Made by a program: the position numbers and the translations under genes. From a virus (lineage: Duplodnaviria > Caudoviricetes), in IMG/VR virus record IMGVR_UViG_3300025137_000039, positions 1 to 59,972 of that record: 59,972 nt of DNA; one strand, 5' to 3'. The notes beneath the pieces were generated by a model. It saw only the letters and a program-made list of their open reading frames with translations. It searched no databases and was not told the DNA's origin. Every line of letters begins with the position of its first letter. Positions within the stretch are counted from its first letter, which is position 1. Shown piece by piece: positions 1 through 6,901 of the stretch.

Positions 1-2
1 AT

Positions 3-101
3 GATGTAGGAAACAATGATTACATCTATCAGGTGATTCAAGAGAGTGTGGATGAGATTACAGAAGAGAATCTAATGTCATATCAGCAGGAGTTAGTCTA
101 A
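3..101 (+). CDS. 3' part of hypothetical protein (truncated by window start)
   Basis: Frame open from the window edge (DVGNNDYIYQVIQESVDEITEENLMSYQQELV*) to TAA at 99-101, 1 nt before the next ATG. Confidence 0.6.
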   Translation, partial: DVGNNDYIYQVIQESVDEITEENLMSYQQELV

Positions 102-102
102 A

Positions 103-303
103 ATGTATCTCCCAAAAGCAGATTGGAACAGGGCAACTTACAGGGAGTTGAAAGAGATTCTAAATGAGTTGCCTGAGCGTTACTTAGATCAGACAGCAAC
201 TGTATGCACAGGGGATGATAATTACAAGGGGTTTAATATAGCATGGACTGGAGAAGCACATCCAATTCTTAATACTGATCACATGTTTTTTAATTGCTAT
301 TAA
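103..303 (+). CDS. hypothetical protein (early region)
   Basis: 66-aa ORF with AGGAG upstream, tightly packed against the previous ORF. Confidence 0.7.
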   Translation: MYLPKADWNRATYRELKEILNELPERYLDQTATVCTGDDNYKGFNIAWTGEAHPILNTDHMFFNCY

Positions 304-423
304 TGTTAGTTACCTCTAAAGTGGACCTATAGTATAAGGGTCCAGTCTTCTCACTCTCTCTTCTCTTCTTAGAATTGTTTCAGAGAGTTTGCTTCACTGA
401 CCCATCCTAATTTTCTTCTCATC

Positions 424-747
424 ATGCGTAAAATTGAATCACAAATGATTGCTGCTATTAACTCTTCAAAGAACTGGCAATCTGCTAATACAAGTGTTCA
501 CTTCAATGAAGAATCTAACATCTCTATTGTACGTCTCCATGGCAACAAGATTGCTGAAGTAACTGATGACTCCATGACAATCTTTGATGGTGGTTGGCAG
601 ACTACTACCACCAAATCTAGACTTAATGCACTTATCAATGAGTTCTGCAATGCTGTCACTGATGGTGTATTTCAAAAGAACTATCAGTGGTTTGTAACTG
701 ACAACAATGTCACCAAAGAATTCACTAATGGTTATATCTTTGCATGA
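424..747 (+). CDS. conserved cyanophage hypothetical protein
   Basis: 107-aa ORF (MRKIESQM...LHGNKIA...DGGWQTTTTKSRLNAL), a sequence type recalled from cyanomyophage early regions. Confidence 0.8.
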   Translation: MRKIESQMIAAINSSKNWQSANTSVHFNEESNISIVRLHGNKIAEVTDDSMTIFDGGWQTTTTKSRLNALINEFCNAVTDGVFQKNYQWFVTDNNVTKEFTNGYIFA

Positions 748-857
748 GTACATTATTACTCTTCCTGTTTATCATCTATGTTTGCTGGAATAGCACTAAG
801 GTGAGATCTTTCATTAGTAGAAAGTTACTTAAGTTATCCAATTTCTTTTCCCCATGA
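744..857 (+). CDS. 37-aa micro-protein with hydrophobic N-terminus
   Basis: Hand translation MSTLLLFLFIIYVCWNSTKVRSFISRKLLKLSNFFSP*; ATGA overlaps at both ends. Confidence 0.55.
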   Translation: MSTLLLFLFIIYVCWNSTKVRSFISRKLLKLSNFFSP

Positions 858-1000
858 GAATCATTCTAGTCTTCTTGTTTGTTATCCTTGGTGCTAATCT
901 CCTTATTGAACTGTTAGATAGTAATCTTACAGAAACAATCAATGAAAGAAATGAAGCATTAGAAAGATTACTCAAACCCCCTTCTTCTGTGATCCAATGA
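854..1000 (+). CDS. 48-aa micro-protein with N-terminal TM/signal segment
   Basis: MRIILVFLFVILGANLLIELLDSNLTETINERNEALERLLKPPSSVIQ*; ATGA overlaps at both ends. Confidence 0.6.
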   Translation: MRIILVFLFVILGANLLIELLDSNLTETINERNEALERLLKPPSSVIQ

Positions 1001-1137
1001 ATACCTCACTGAAAGAGGTTACGCAATTTTCTAACACAAATCCCATGATGAATGCACTCAAATTGTTGTTTCAAAGGTTGTTTGATTGTGATGATGAGGA
1101 TGTAACTGAACCAGATGAATCTACTGGGTGGAACTAA
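997..1137 (+). CDS. 46-aa acidic micro-protein
   Basis: MNTSLKEVTQFSNTNPMMNALKLLFQRLFDCDDEDVTEPDESTGWN*; ATGA overlap with the upstream ORF. Confidence 0.5.
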   Translation: MNTSLKEVTQFSNTNPMMNALKLLFQRLFDCDDEDVTEPDESTGWN

Positions 1138-1144
1138 CACCTAG

Positions 1145-1173
1145 TTGACTATGTGGGGCAAATGAGTTATACT
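1145..1173 (+). promoter_or_regulatory. sigma70-type (early) promoter
   Basis: TTGACT-17 nt-TATACT; the spacer carries one copy of the 13-bp repeat. Confidence 0.75.
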
Positions 1174-1199
1174 ATGTGGAGCACATGTATGGGTCACAT
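1151..1199. repeat. three ATGTG-N3-CACAT-like palindromic repeats over the promoter and leader
   Basis: ATGTGGGGCAAAT 1151-1163, ATGTGGAGCACAT 1174-1186, GTATGGGTCACAT 1187-1199. Confidence 0.8.
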
Positions 1200-1203
1200 A
1201 GTA

Positions 1204-1386
1204 ATGCCCTTCTCCTCTAAGTTTCCTAATCTAGGTAAGACTGTGAAGACTAGAATCCCTGAATCATGTTATCACCATGTCATCCTAATACTGGATGAAT
1301 ATGAGAGGATTGCAGAGGCAAAAGGAACCATCTTTCTAGAACAAATGCAAGGAAGATTAGAGGAAAGTCTGACTAACATAGTGTGA
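1204..1386 (+). CDS. 60-aa putative DNA-binding protein (ribbon-helix-helix-like)
   Basis: ATG 1204 lies downstream of the promoter, whereas the track's 1153 start lies inside it; GKTVKTRIPES beta-strand-like motif followed by amphipathic helices. Confidence 0.6.
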   Translation: MPFSSKFPNLGKTVKTRIPESCYHHVILILDEYERIAEAKGTIFLEQMQGRLEESLTNIV

Positions 1387-1388
1387 TC

Positions 1389-1454
1389 ATGTGGGGCACA
1401 TAGAATGCCAGTGTGGGGCACATATGTGGGGCATATAGTTTATATGGGGCACAT
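1389..1454. repeat. four 13-bp RTRTGGGGCAYAT repeats
   Basis: ATGTGGGGCACAT 1389-1401, GTGTGGGGCACAT 1411-1423, ATGTGGGGCATAT 1424-1436, ATATGGGGCACAT 1442-1454. Confidence 0.85.
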
Positions 1455-1503
1455 GAAATAAAGGTGTAAATAAATGTACCTGGGTTTTGTTATCTAAGCG
1501 TGC

Positions 1504-1532
1504 AGTCTATCACACACTCTGAGAAATGTCAA
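1504..1532 (-). promoter_or_regulatory. minus-strand sigma70-type promoter pointing into the repeat array
   Basis: Reverse complement reads TTGACA(1532-1527)-17 nt-TAGACT(1509-1504). Confidence 0.65.
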
Positions 1533-1568
1533 GACCACACAGACACTTCCCCAACTGCACATGATCCC

Positions 1569-1597
1569 TTGACAGACACACTAAAATGCCCTATATT
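1569..1597 (+). promoter_or_regulatory. sigma70-type promoter
   Basis: TTGACA-17 nt-TATATT. Confidence 0.75.
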
Positions 1598-1631
1598 GTA
1601 AGGGTAGAGAAGAGATAATCATTACACTTAC

Positions 1632-1660
1632 TAGTCCTGAGTATGACTGTAAACTGCTTA
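1632..1660 (+). ncRNA. abiF-like pseudoknot RNA motif
   Basis: TAGTCCTGAGTATGACTGTAAACTGCTTA: stem AGTC/GACT, loop GAGTA can pair with downstream TGCTT; resembles the GTCCTGAG-ATGAC-AAACTGCT pattern recalled for abiF RNA. Confidence 0.55.
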
Positions 1661-1688
1661 ACTACACACACTGAATCTCATTTTTATT

Positions 1689-1781
1689 ATGTCAAACACA
1701 CAGATCTTTGATGCACTGGAAGCAGCAGAGAATGGCAGTGATTTGTTGATGGTACTGGAGGCAATTGAGGCACTGTACTGA
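1689..1781 (+). CDS. 30-aa acidic micro-protein
   Basis: MSNTQIFDALEAAENGSDLLMVLEAIEALY*, downstream of the promoter at 1569. Confidence 0.55.
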   Translation: MSNTQIFDALEAAENGSDLLMVLEAIEALY

Positions 1782-1798
1782 TACTTAGTGAGAGTGCT

Positions 1799-1834
1799 AT
1801 GTGTTACACATGGGTTTTCTTATGTGTAACACAC
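1799..1834. repeat. two further ATGTG-N3-CACAY palindromes
   Basis: ATGTGTTACACAT 1799-1811 and ATGTGTAACACAC 1822-1834, just upstream of the 1848 promoter. Confidence 0.7.
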
Positions 1835-1847
1835 AGGTCCACAGTGG

Positions 1848-1876
1848 TTGACACATAGGGGGACATGTGGTAGACT
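1848..1876 (+). promoter_or_regulatory. sigma70-type promoter
   Basis: TTGACA-17 nt-TAGACT with TG immediately upstream (extended -10-like). Confidence 0.7.
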
Positions 1877-1882
1877 GACAGT

Positions 1883-2034
1883 GTTGTGAATATGACAGTG
1901 TTTTATGGGGGGTAAGCGTTGGGGTCTGGGGGGCGTAGCGATTAATCCCAAAAGACCCCCCCCCTGCGAAAAGACCGGTCTAGGGCAACCTACAAAAGTA
2001 TATTCCAGAGAGGTCTTTATCTGCCTCTTTTTTT
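1883..2034 (+). ncRNA. putative ~150-nt G-rich structured non-coding RNA
   Basis: Lies between the 1848 promoter and the 2009 terminator with no recognisable ORF; GGGGTCT/AGACCCC stem and AGACCGGTCT palindrome. Confidence 0.4.
2009..2034 (+). terminator. intrinsic terminator
   Basis: AGAGGT...GCCTCT stem followed by a T-run. Confidence 0.6.
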
Positions 2035-2072
2035 ATGCCCCCCATATATAATTTGTAAAAAGAAACCATTTT

Positions 2073-2276
2073 ATGAAAAAAATTTCTGCTGAAAATTTTT
2101 ACCACATATACTTGAAGGATAAATGTGTTTATAATTGTTTAAATGAAAAGAAGTTTACTGATATCTACAATACTATGCGTGAGATGGTGGAACTATTAGA
2201 TACACAGTATGATGTAGAAGACATCACTTTTGAGGTAGTAGAAACCCCATGTATAAGTGAAGAGAATAGTTATTGA
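2073..2276 (+). CDS. hypothetical protein
   Basis: 67-aa ORF on the coding strand. Confidence 0.7.
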   Translation: MKKISAENFYHIYLKDKCVYNCLNEKKFTDIYNTMREMVELLDTQYDVEDITFEVVETPCISEENSY

Positions 2277-2301
2277 CAAGTTATAGATATACTGTTAAAC
2301 T
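2273..2301 (+). promoter_or_regulatory. sigma70-type promoter
   Basis: TTGACA-17 nt-TAAACT with extended TG, 23 nt before the ATG at 2325. Confidence 0.65.
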
Positions 2302-2324
2302 GAAGTTGTAGTGAATTATCAATC

Positions 2325-3104
2325 ATGGCAAAAGGATTTACTGTAAAAGCAAAAACCCCAGTAAGGAATACAGAAGGACCTGAATGGGATATTGCTTCTA
2401 TTAAGGAGAGAATGAAAGGCAAGACAATTGTATTTTGCCTACCAGGACGTGGCGTATCATATACATTTTTAAAGAACTTTGTACAACTGTGCTTTGATAT
2501 GGTACAGAATGGGATGAGTATTCAAATCAGTCAAGATTACTCATCCATGGTAAACTTTGCACGTTGTAAGTGTTTAGGTGCTAATGTATTACGTGGACCA
2601 GATCAGATTCCATGGGATGGAAAGTTAGAGTATGATTATCAATTATGGATTGATAGTGATATTGTGTTTAGTACTGAGAAGTTCTGGCAACTATGTGATA
2701 TGGCACTAGATGCTGAAGGAAATGAGAAAAAGATTGTTTCTGGATGGTATAGTACAGAAGATGGAAAGACTACATCAGTAGCACATTGGTTAGATGAAGA
2801 TGACTTCAGAAACAATGGTGGTGTAATGAATCATGAGATGGTAGATGGTATTACAAAACGTAAGAAACCATTTACTGTAGATTACACAGGATTTGGATGG
2901 GTAATGATTCAGAAGGGTGTCTTTGAACATGAAGGACTGAAGTATCCATGGTTTGCACCTAAGATGCAAGTATTTGAATCTGGTGCAGTACAAGATATGT
3001 GTGGTGAAGATGTCTCATTCTGTTTAGATGCAATTGACGCAGGATTTGATATTTGGTGTGATCCACGTATTCGTGTTGGACATGAGAAGACTAGAGTAAT
3101 CTAA
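2325..3104 (+). CDS. GT-A fold (GT2-like) glycosyltransferase
   Basis: DxD motif in YQLWIDSDIVF, GFGWVMI, GEDVSFC, and RVGHEK near the C-terminus. Confidence 0.8.
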   Translation: MAKGFTVKAKTPVRNTEGPEWDIASIKERMKGKTIVFCLPGRGVSYTFLKNFVQLCFDMVQNGMSIQISQDYSSMVNFARCKCLGANVLRGPDQIPWDGKLEYDYQLWIDSDIVFSTEKFWQLCDMALDAEGNEKKIVSGWYSTEDGKTTSVAHWLDEDDFRNNGGVMNHEMVDGITKRKKPFTVDYTGFGWVMIQKGVFEHEGLKYPWFAPKMQVFESGAVQDMCGEDVSFCLDAIDAGFDIWCDPRIRVGHEKTRVI

Positions 3105-3205
3105 TGGGTTCAACAATCTTTGTACTTATCTTTATTATTATACTATCACTTGGTATGATAAGTATGGGTAACAAGATGTCTATTACTAGGAGAAAAGATG
3201 ATTAA
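3104..3205 (+). CDS. 33-aa membrane micro-protein
   Basis: MGSTIFVLIFIIILSLGMISMGNKMSITRRKDD*; TAATG overlap with the glycosyltransferase stop. Confidence 0.55.
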   Translation: MGSTIFVLIFIIILSLGMISMGNKMSITRRKDD

Positions 3206-3371
3206 ACAGTATCCTTATATGGTTACCTATAGACTTAGTACTACAGGTAATCAAAAACATCATAAGCGACTTACTGCAGGATGTGCTATAGATGCAGAGA
3301 AGTTATTTGAGGAATCAATGCCTTCTGCATCTATTGTATGTACATATGCATTACCACAAAATAGAGTATAG
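3198..3371 (+). CDS. 57-aa hypothetical protein
   Basis: MIKQYPYMVTYRLSTTGNQKHHKRLTAGCAIDAEKLFEESMPSASIVCTYALPQNRV*; AGGAG Shine-Dalgarno upstream. Confidence 0.6.
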   Translation: MIKQYPYMVTYRLSTTGNQKHHKRLTAGCAIDAEKLFEESMPSASIVCTYALPQNRV

Positions 3372-3379
3372 GATTTATT

Positions 3380-3526
3380 ATGGCAAAAGTTAAAAAGAGT
3401 TTGATGGGTGGCGACTTTATTGAAGCACAACCCAAGAAAACTAGTCAGGGTGCAGGGAAACACACAAAGTATTCTGCCAGTAGTGGTAACAATGCAAAGA
3501 AAAGATACAGAGGACAAGGAAGATAA
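3380..3526 (+). CDS. 48-aa small basic protein (conserved cyanophage type)
   Basis: MAKVKKSLMGGDFIEAQPKKTSQGAGKHTKYSASSGNNAKKRYRGQGR*; the KKRYRGQG ending is recalled as typical of T4-like phage small basic proteins. Confidence 0.75.
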   Translation: MAKVKKSLMGGDFIEAQPKKTSQGAGKHTKYSASSGNNAKKRYRGQGR

Positions 3527-3622
3527 GATTGAAGAATCAAAGATTCTTTGTCAACACTGTAAAAGAACTGCAACAAATAACATCAGATGCTTAGGTATGT
3601 GTGTTGCAGATTCTGATTATTA

Positions 3623-3650
3623 GGAGGGGTATTACACCTCTCCTTTTTTT
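3623..3650 (+). terminator. intrinsic terminator
   Basis: GGAGGGGT-ATTAC-ACCTCTCC followed by T7. Confidence 0.8.
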
Positions 3651-3688
3651 ATGCTAGATAAAACAGCGCGAAAAACCTCTTTTTCTCT

Positions 3689-4357
3689 ATGGCTTGTTTG
3701 ATTTGTAATTTACCTAACGTAGAAGTATATGTAAGGAAAGAATATCTCACTGATCACCAAAGTGGTCATGGTGAGTATGTAAAAGGATGGTGGGTATCAT
3801 GTAAGAGTATTCCTGGTAGAGCATTTTACTTTGAAACCTATCTTCCAGAATATGCTGCAATGTATGATAAGTTACCCATAAGTGCCTTTGTAAGTGAACC
3901 AAAAAAACCAACCCCTGATATGGATCTGTATAATCTACAGTTTTGGAACTGTATGGACTATGGGGTTGTAGCAACACAGAAACAGTTTATTGGATCTATG
4001 GACTATGAGGTCTTTACAAGGGACCATGGGACTGTTAAAGGCACTTACGTCTGTACTATAGACAACTACCACCAAGACATTGATACAGTTGATTACAGCA
4101 CCTCTGAGATACCATCTGAACATAAGTCACATAATCTAATAGAATTAAATAATGGACAGTATTGTTTGTATCCTAATAACAGGACTAGAATCTTTGATAA
4201 TAGTTTAACACCAGAGAATCCAAAGATGCCTGACTTTAAAGTTTCTACTGAGTTTTATCAGGTAGAAAATGGTCATGATAGGATGGGTCTTGGTGACCAG
4301 GATTCATATTTTTGGAAGACTGCACAGGACAAAAATAAATCAATAAAAGAAAATTAA
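3689..4357 (+). CDS. conserved phage hypothetical protein
   Basis: 222-aa ORF (YVRKEYL...KSIPGRA...YDKLPISAF...QFWNC...EHKSHN...YPNNR), a family recalled from marine phages upstream of gp25. Confidence 0.85.
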   Translation: MACLICNLPNVEVYVRKEYLTDHQSGHGEYVKGWWVSCKSIPGRAFYFETYLPEYAAMYDKLPISAFVSEPKKPTPDMDLYNLQFWNCMDYGVVATQKQFIGSMDYEVFTRDHGTVKGTYVCTIDNYHQDIDTVDYSTSEIPSEHKSHNLIELNNGQYCLYPNNRTRIFDNSLTPENPKMPDFKVSTEFYQVENGHDRMGLGDQDSYFWKTAQDKNKSIKEN

Positions 4358-4366
4358 GATTAGGAC

Positions 4367-4374
4367 TATAAATA
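4367..4374 (+). promoter_or_regulatory. T4-type late promoter
   Basis: Exact TATAAATA upstream of gp25. Confidence 0.8.
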
Positions 4375-4396
4375 AGGACATATCCTGCGTTTAATC

Positions 4397-4798
4397 ATGC
4401 CCACTCAGAGGATAAGTAAACCATTTAAAGATGTAAGTGCTACTTTTCAAATCAATCCTTTGAATAGTGATTTGATTGGATTAAAGAATGCTAATGCAAT
4501 CTCAAGATCCATTCGTAATTTAATATTAACAATAAGAGGGGAAAAACCATTTGATTTATCACTTGGTTCTAATGTGAATAATTTGTTATTTGAAAATCTA
4601 GATTTTATTACAGCATCTAGTATTAAATCTGAAATTGAAAATACCATCAAAAATTATGAACCAAGAGTCAAATTAAATGATGTATTTGTTAAAGCAAATA
4701 CAGACAGAAATGCATTTGATGTTCAGATTACATATGACATCATTGGTATTGAAGCAGACGCACAAGATCTATCATTCTCTTTAGAGCTCACTAGGTAA
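4397..4798 (+). CDS. gp25: baseplate wedge subunit gp25
   Basis: SIRNLILT-GEKPF...LGS...LFEN...I.NYEPRV motifs of the GPW/gp25 family; synteny with gp6. Confidence 0.92.
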   Translation: MPTQRISKPFKDVSATFQINPLNSDLIGLKNANAISRSIRNLILTIRGEKPFDLSLGSNVNNLLFENLDFITASSIKSEIENTIKNYEPRVKLNDVFVKANTDRNAFDVQITYDIIGIEADAQDLSFSLELTR

Positions 4799-6895
4799 AT
4801 GCCTTTAGTTAATTTTACAAATCTAGATTTTAATCAGATAAAAGATTCCTTAAGGGATTATCTTCGTGCGAATTCAAACTTTACTGATTATGATTATGAA
4901 GGTTCTAATTTATCAACAATCATTGATATCTTAGCATATAATACTTATTTGAATTCATATAATGCAAATATGGTTTCAAATGAAGTTTTTATTGATAGTG
5001 CTACATTAAGAGAAAATGTAGTTTCACTTGCTAGAAACATTGGTTATGTTCCAAGACCTAGAGGTGCAGCAAAAGCAAATGTTTCCTTTGCTGTTGACAT
5101 GACAGGTACTACTACAGTATCAGTTACACTTAAAGCAGGTATTGTAGCAGTAACATCAAATTCATTTTCTGGACAAGGTTTTACATTCTCTATACCAAAA
5201 GATATAACTGTTGCAGTTAATGCTAATAAACTAGCAATATTTGATTCAATTGTAATATATGAAGGAACATACATTACTCAAAGTTTTAATGTAAGTTCTA
5301 GAGTACCAAATCAAAAGTATATTTTAACTAATGCTGGTATTGATAGCAATCTAATTGAAGTAAATGTACGTGATTCATCACAATCAAATATTTCAAGAAA
5401 CTTTACGCAGTCAGATAGTTTATTTGACTTAGATGGATCATCACCAGTTTACTTTATACAGGAAGTAGATAATGAAAGATATGAATTATTATTTGGCGAT
5501 GGTATATTTGGATTACCAGTATCTGAACCAAATGTGATAGAAGCAAGTTATATTGTTTCAAACGGAAGTGATGCTAATAATATTTCTCAGATGAATTTTG
5601 CTGGTCAATTAGTAAGCAATAATAATGCTGCAATCACAGCAAATATAACATCATTGACTGTAGATCAATCATCTTATGGTGGTTCTGAAATTGAAAGTGT
5701 GGAATCAATTAAAAAATATGGAACTCAAATTTATGCATCACAAAATCGTGCAGTAACTGCAGTTGATTATGAAGCAATGATTCCTAAAATTTATCATGAA
5801 ACAGAATCAGTTTCTGCATTTGGTGGAGAAGATCTTACACCACCTCAATTTGGTAAAGTTTTCATAAGTGTTAAACCAATCAATGGTGTGTTCCTTTCAA
5901 CTGCAATAAAAACTGACATTGCAAGAGAATTAAAAAAATACTCTGTTGCAGGAATCATACCAGAAATTGTTGATTTAAAATATTTGTTTGTTGAAACTGA
6001 TTCATATGTTTACTATAATGAAAATAAAGCTCCTAATTCAGAAGTAATATTGGGTCTAACAAGAAATAATATTGTTAGATATTCTGATTCAACTGAACTT
6101 AATAAGTTTGGTGCCAGATTTAAATACAGTAAATATCAAAAAATAATTGATAATACACATATTGCTATTACATCTAACATAACAACTGTTCAGATGCGTA
6201 GAGATCTTGAACCACTGTTGAATACATTTGCTGAATATGAAATTTGTTTTGGTAATAGATTTCATGTAAAAAATCATGGTCATAGTCCTGTATCAAACGG
6301 AACTGTAATTGGATACAATATAAAATCATCTGGTTTTAAAGTATCTGGAATTACCAATACTTTATACCTTGGAGACAAACCAAATACTGGACTGAAGACA
6401 GGAACTATCTTTATGTTTAAATTAAATTCACCAACAAATCCTGTTATTGTAAAACAAAATATTGGAACTATTGATTACATTAAAGGAGAGATAATGCTTT
6501 CCCCAATAAAGATAATTTCTACTGAGGTAAATAGAGGTGAACCACTCATTGAAATATCTGCAAATCCCTTCTCTAATGATGTAATTGGTAAGCAAGATCT
6601 TTATCTTCAACTTGATACAAACAATGTGACACTTAGTACTGTTACTGATGAAATTGAATCTGGTGATGATATTTCTGGTAGTAATTATGTTGTAACATCA
6701 TCTTATGGATATGGCACTCTTGTAAGAGGCACACCAGTTCTTACTACAGAACAATCAGATAATGTATCTCTTACTGGTTTAATCACTGGTGCTGACAATG
6801 CTACTACTGAAGTAGCAGCAGGTACAAATATTACAACATATACAGTTACAACTGGTATGAATGGTTCCACTTCTTCTAATACAAATTCCTACTAA
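4799..6895 (+). CDS. gp6: baseplate wedge subunit gp6
   Basis: LDFNQIK...FTDYDYEGSNLS...DSATLRENVVSLARNIGYVP, FGDG, QNRAVTAVDY. Confidence 0.95.
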   Translation: MPLVNFTNLDFNQIKDSLRDYLRANSNFTDYDYEGSNLSTIIDILAYNTYLNSYNANMVSNEVFIDSATLRENVVSLARNIGYVPRPRGAAKANVSFAVDMTGTTTVSVTLKAGIVAVTSNSFSGQGFTFSIPKDITVAVNANKLAIFDSIVIYEGTYITQSFNVSSRVPNQKYILTNAGIDSNLIEVNVRDSSQSNISRNFTQSDSLFDLDGSSPVYFIQEVDNERYELLFGDGIFGLPVSEPNVIEASYIVSNGSDANNISQMNFAGQLVSNNNAAITANITSLTVDQSSYGGSEIESVESIKKYGTQIYASQNRAVTAVDYEAMIPKIYHETESVSAFGGEDLTPPQFGKVFISVKPINGVFLSTAIKTDIARELKKYSVAGIIPEIVDLKYLFVETDSYVYYNENKAPNSEVILGLTRNNIVRYSDSTELNKFGARFKYSKYQKIIDNTHIAITSNITTVQMRRDLEPLLNTFAEYEICFGNRFHVKNHGHSPVSNGTVIGYNIKSSGFKVSGITNTLYLGDKPNTGLKTGTIFMFKLNSPTNPVIVKQNIGTIDYIKGEIMLSPIKIISTEVNRGEPLIEISANPFSNDVIGKQDLYLQLDTNNVTLSTVTDEIESGDDISGSNYVVTSSYGYGTLVRGTPVLTTEQSDNVSLTGLITGADNATTEVAAGTNITTYTVTTGMNGSTSSNTNSY

Positions 6896-6901
6896 TAAGA
6901 A

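Noticed and set aside
1153-1203. ORF-track start at 1153 (77 aa)
   Set aside because: It lies within the promoter spacer and repeats; ATG 1204 is more plausible
1389-1454. Repeat cluster as a mini-CRISPR array
   Set aside because: Repeats are only 13 bp with 0-9 nt gaps; there are no spacer-sized unique sequences and no cas genes
1883-2034. tRNA in the GC-rich non-coding patch
   Set aside because: No cloverleaf, TTCGA T-loop or acceptor stem found; no tRNA seen anywhere in the window
3408-3526. N-terminal part of track ORF 3408-3623
   Set aside because: Overlaps the better-supported 48-aa basic ORF 3380-3526; only the Cys-rich tail is kept as a finding
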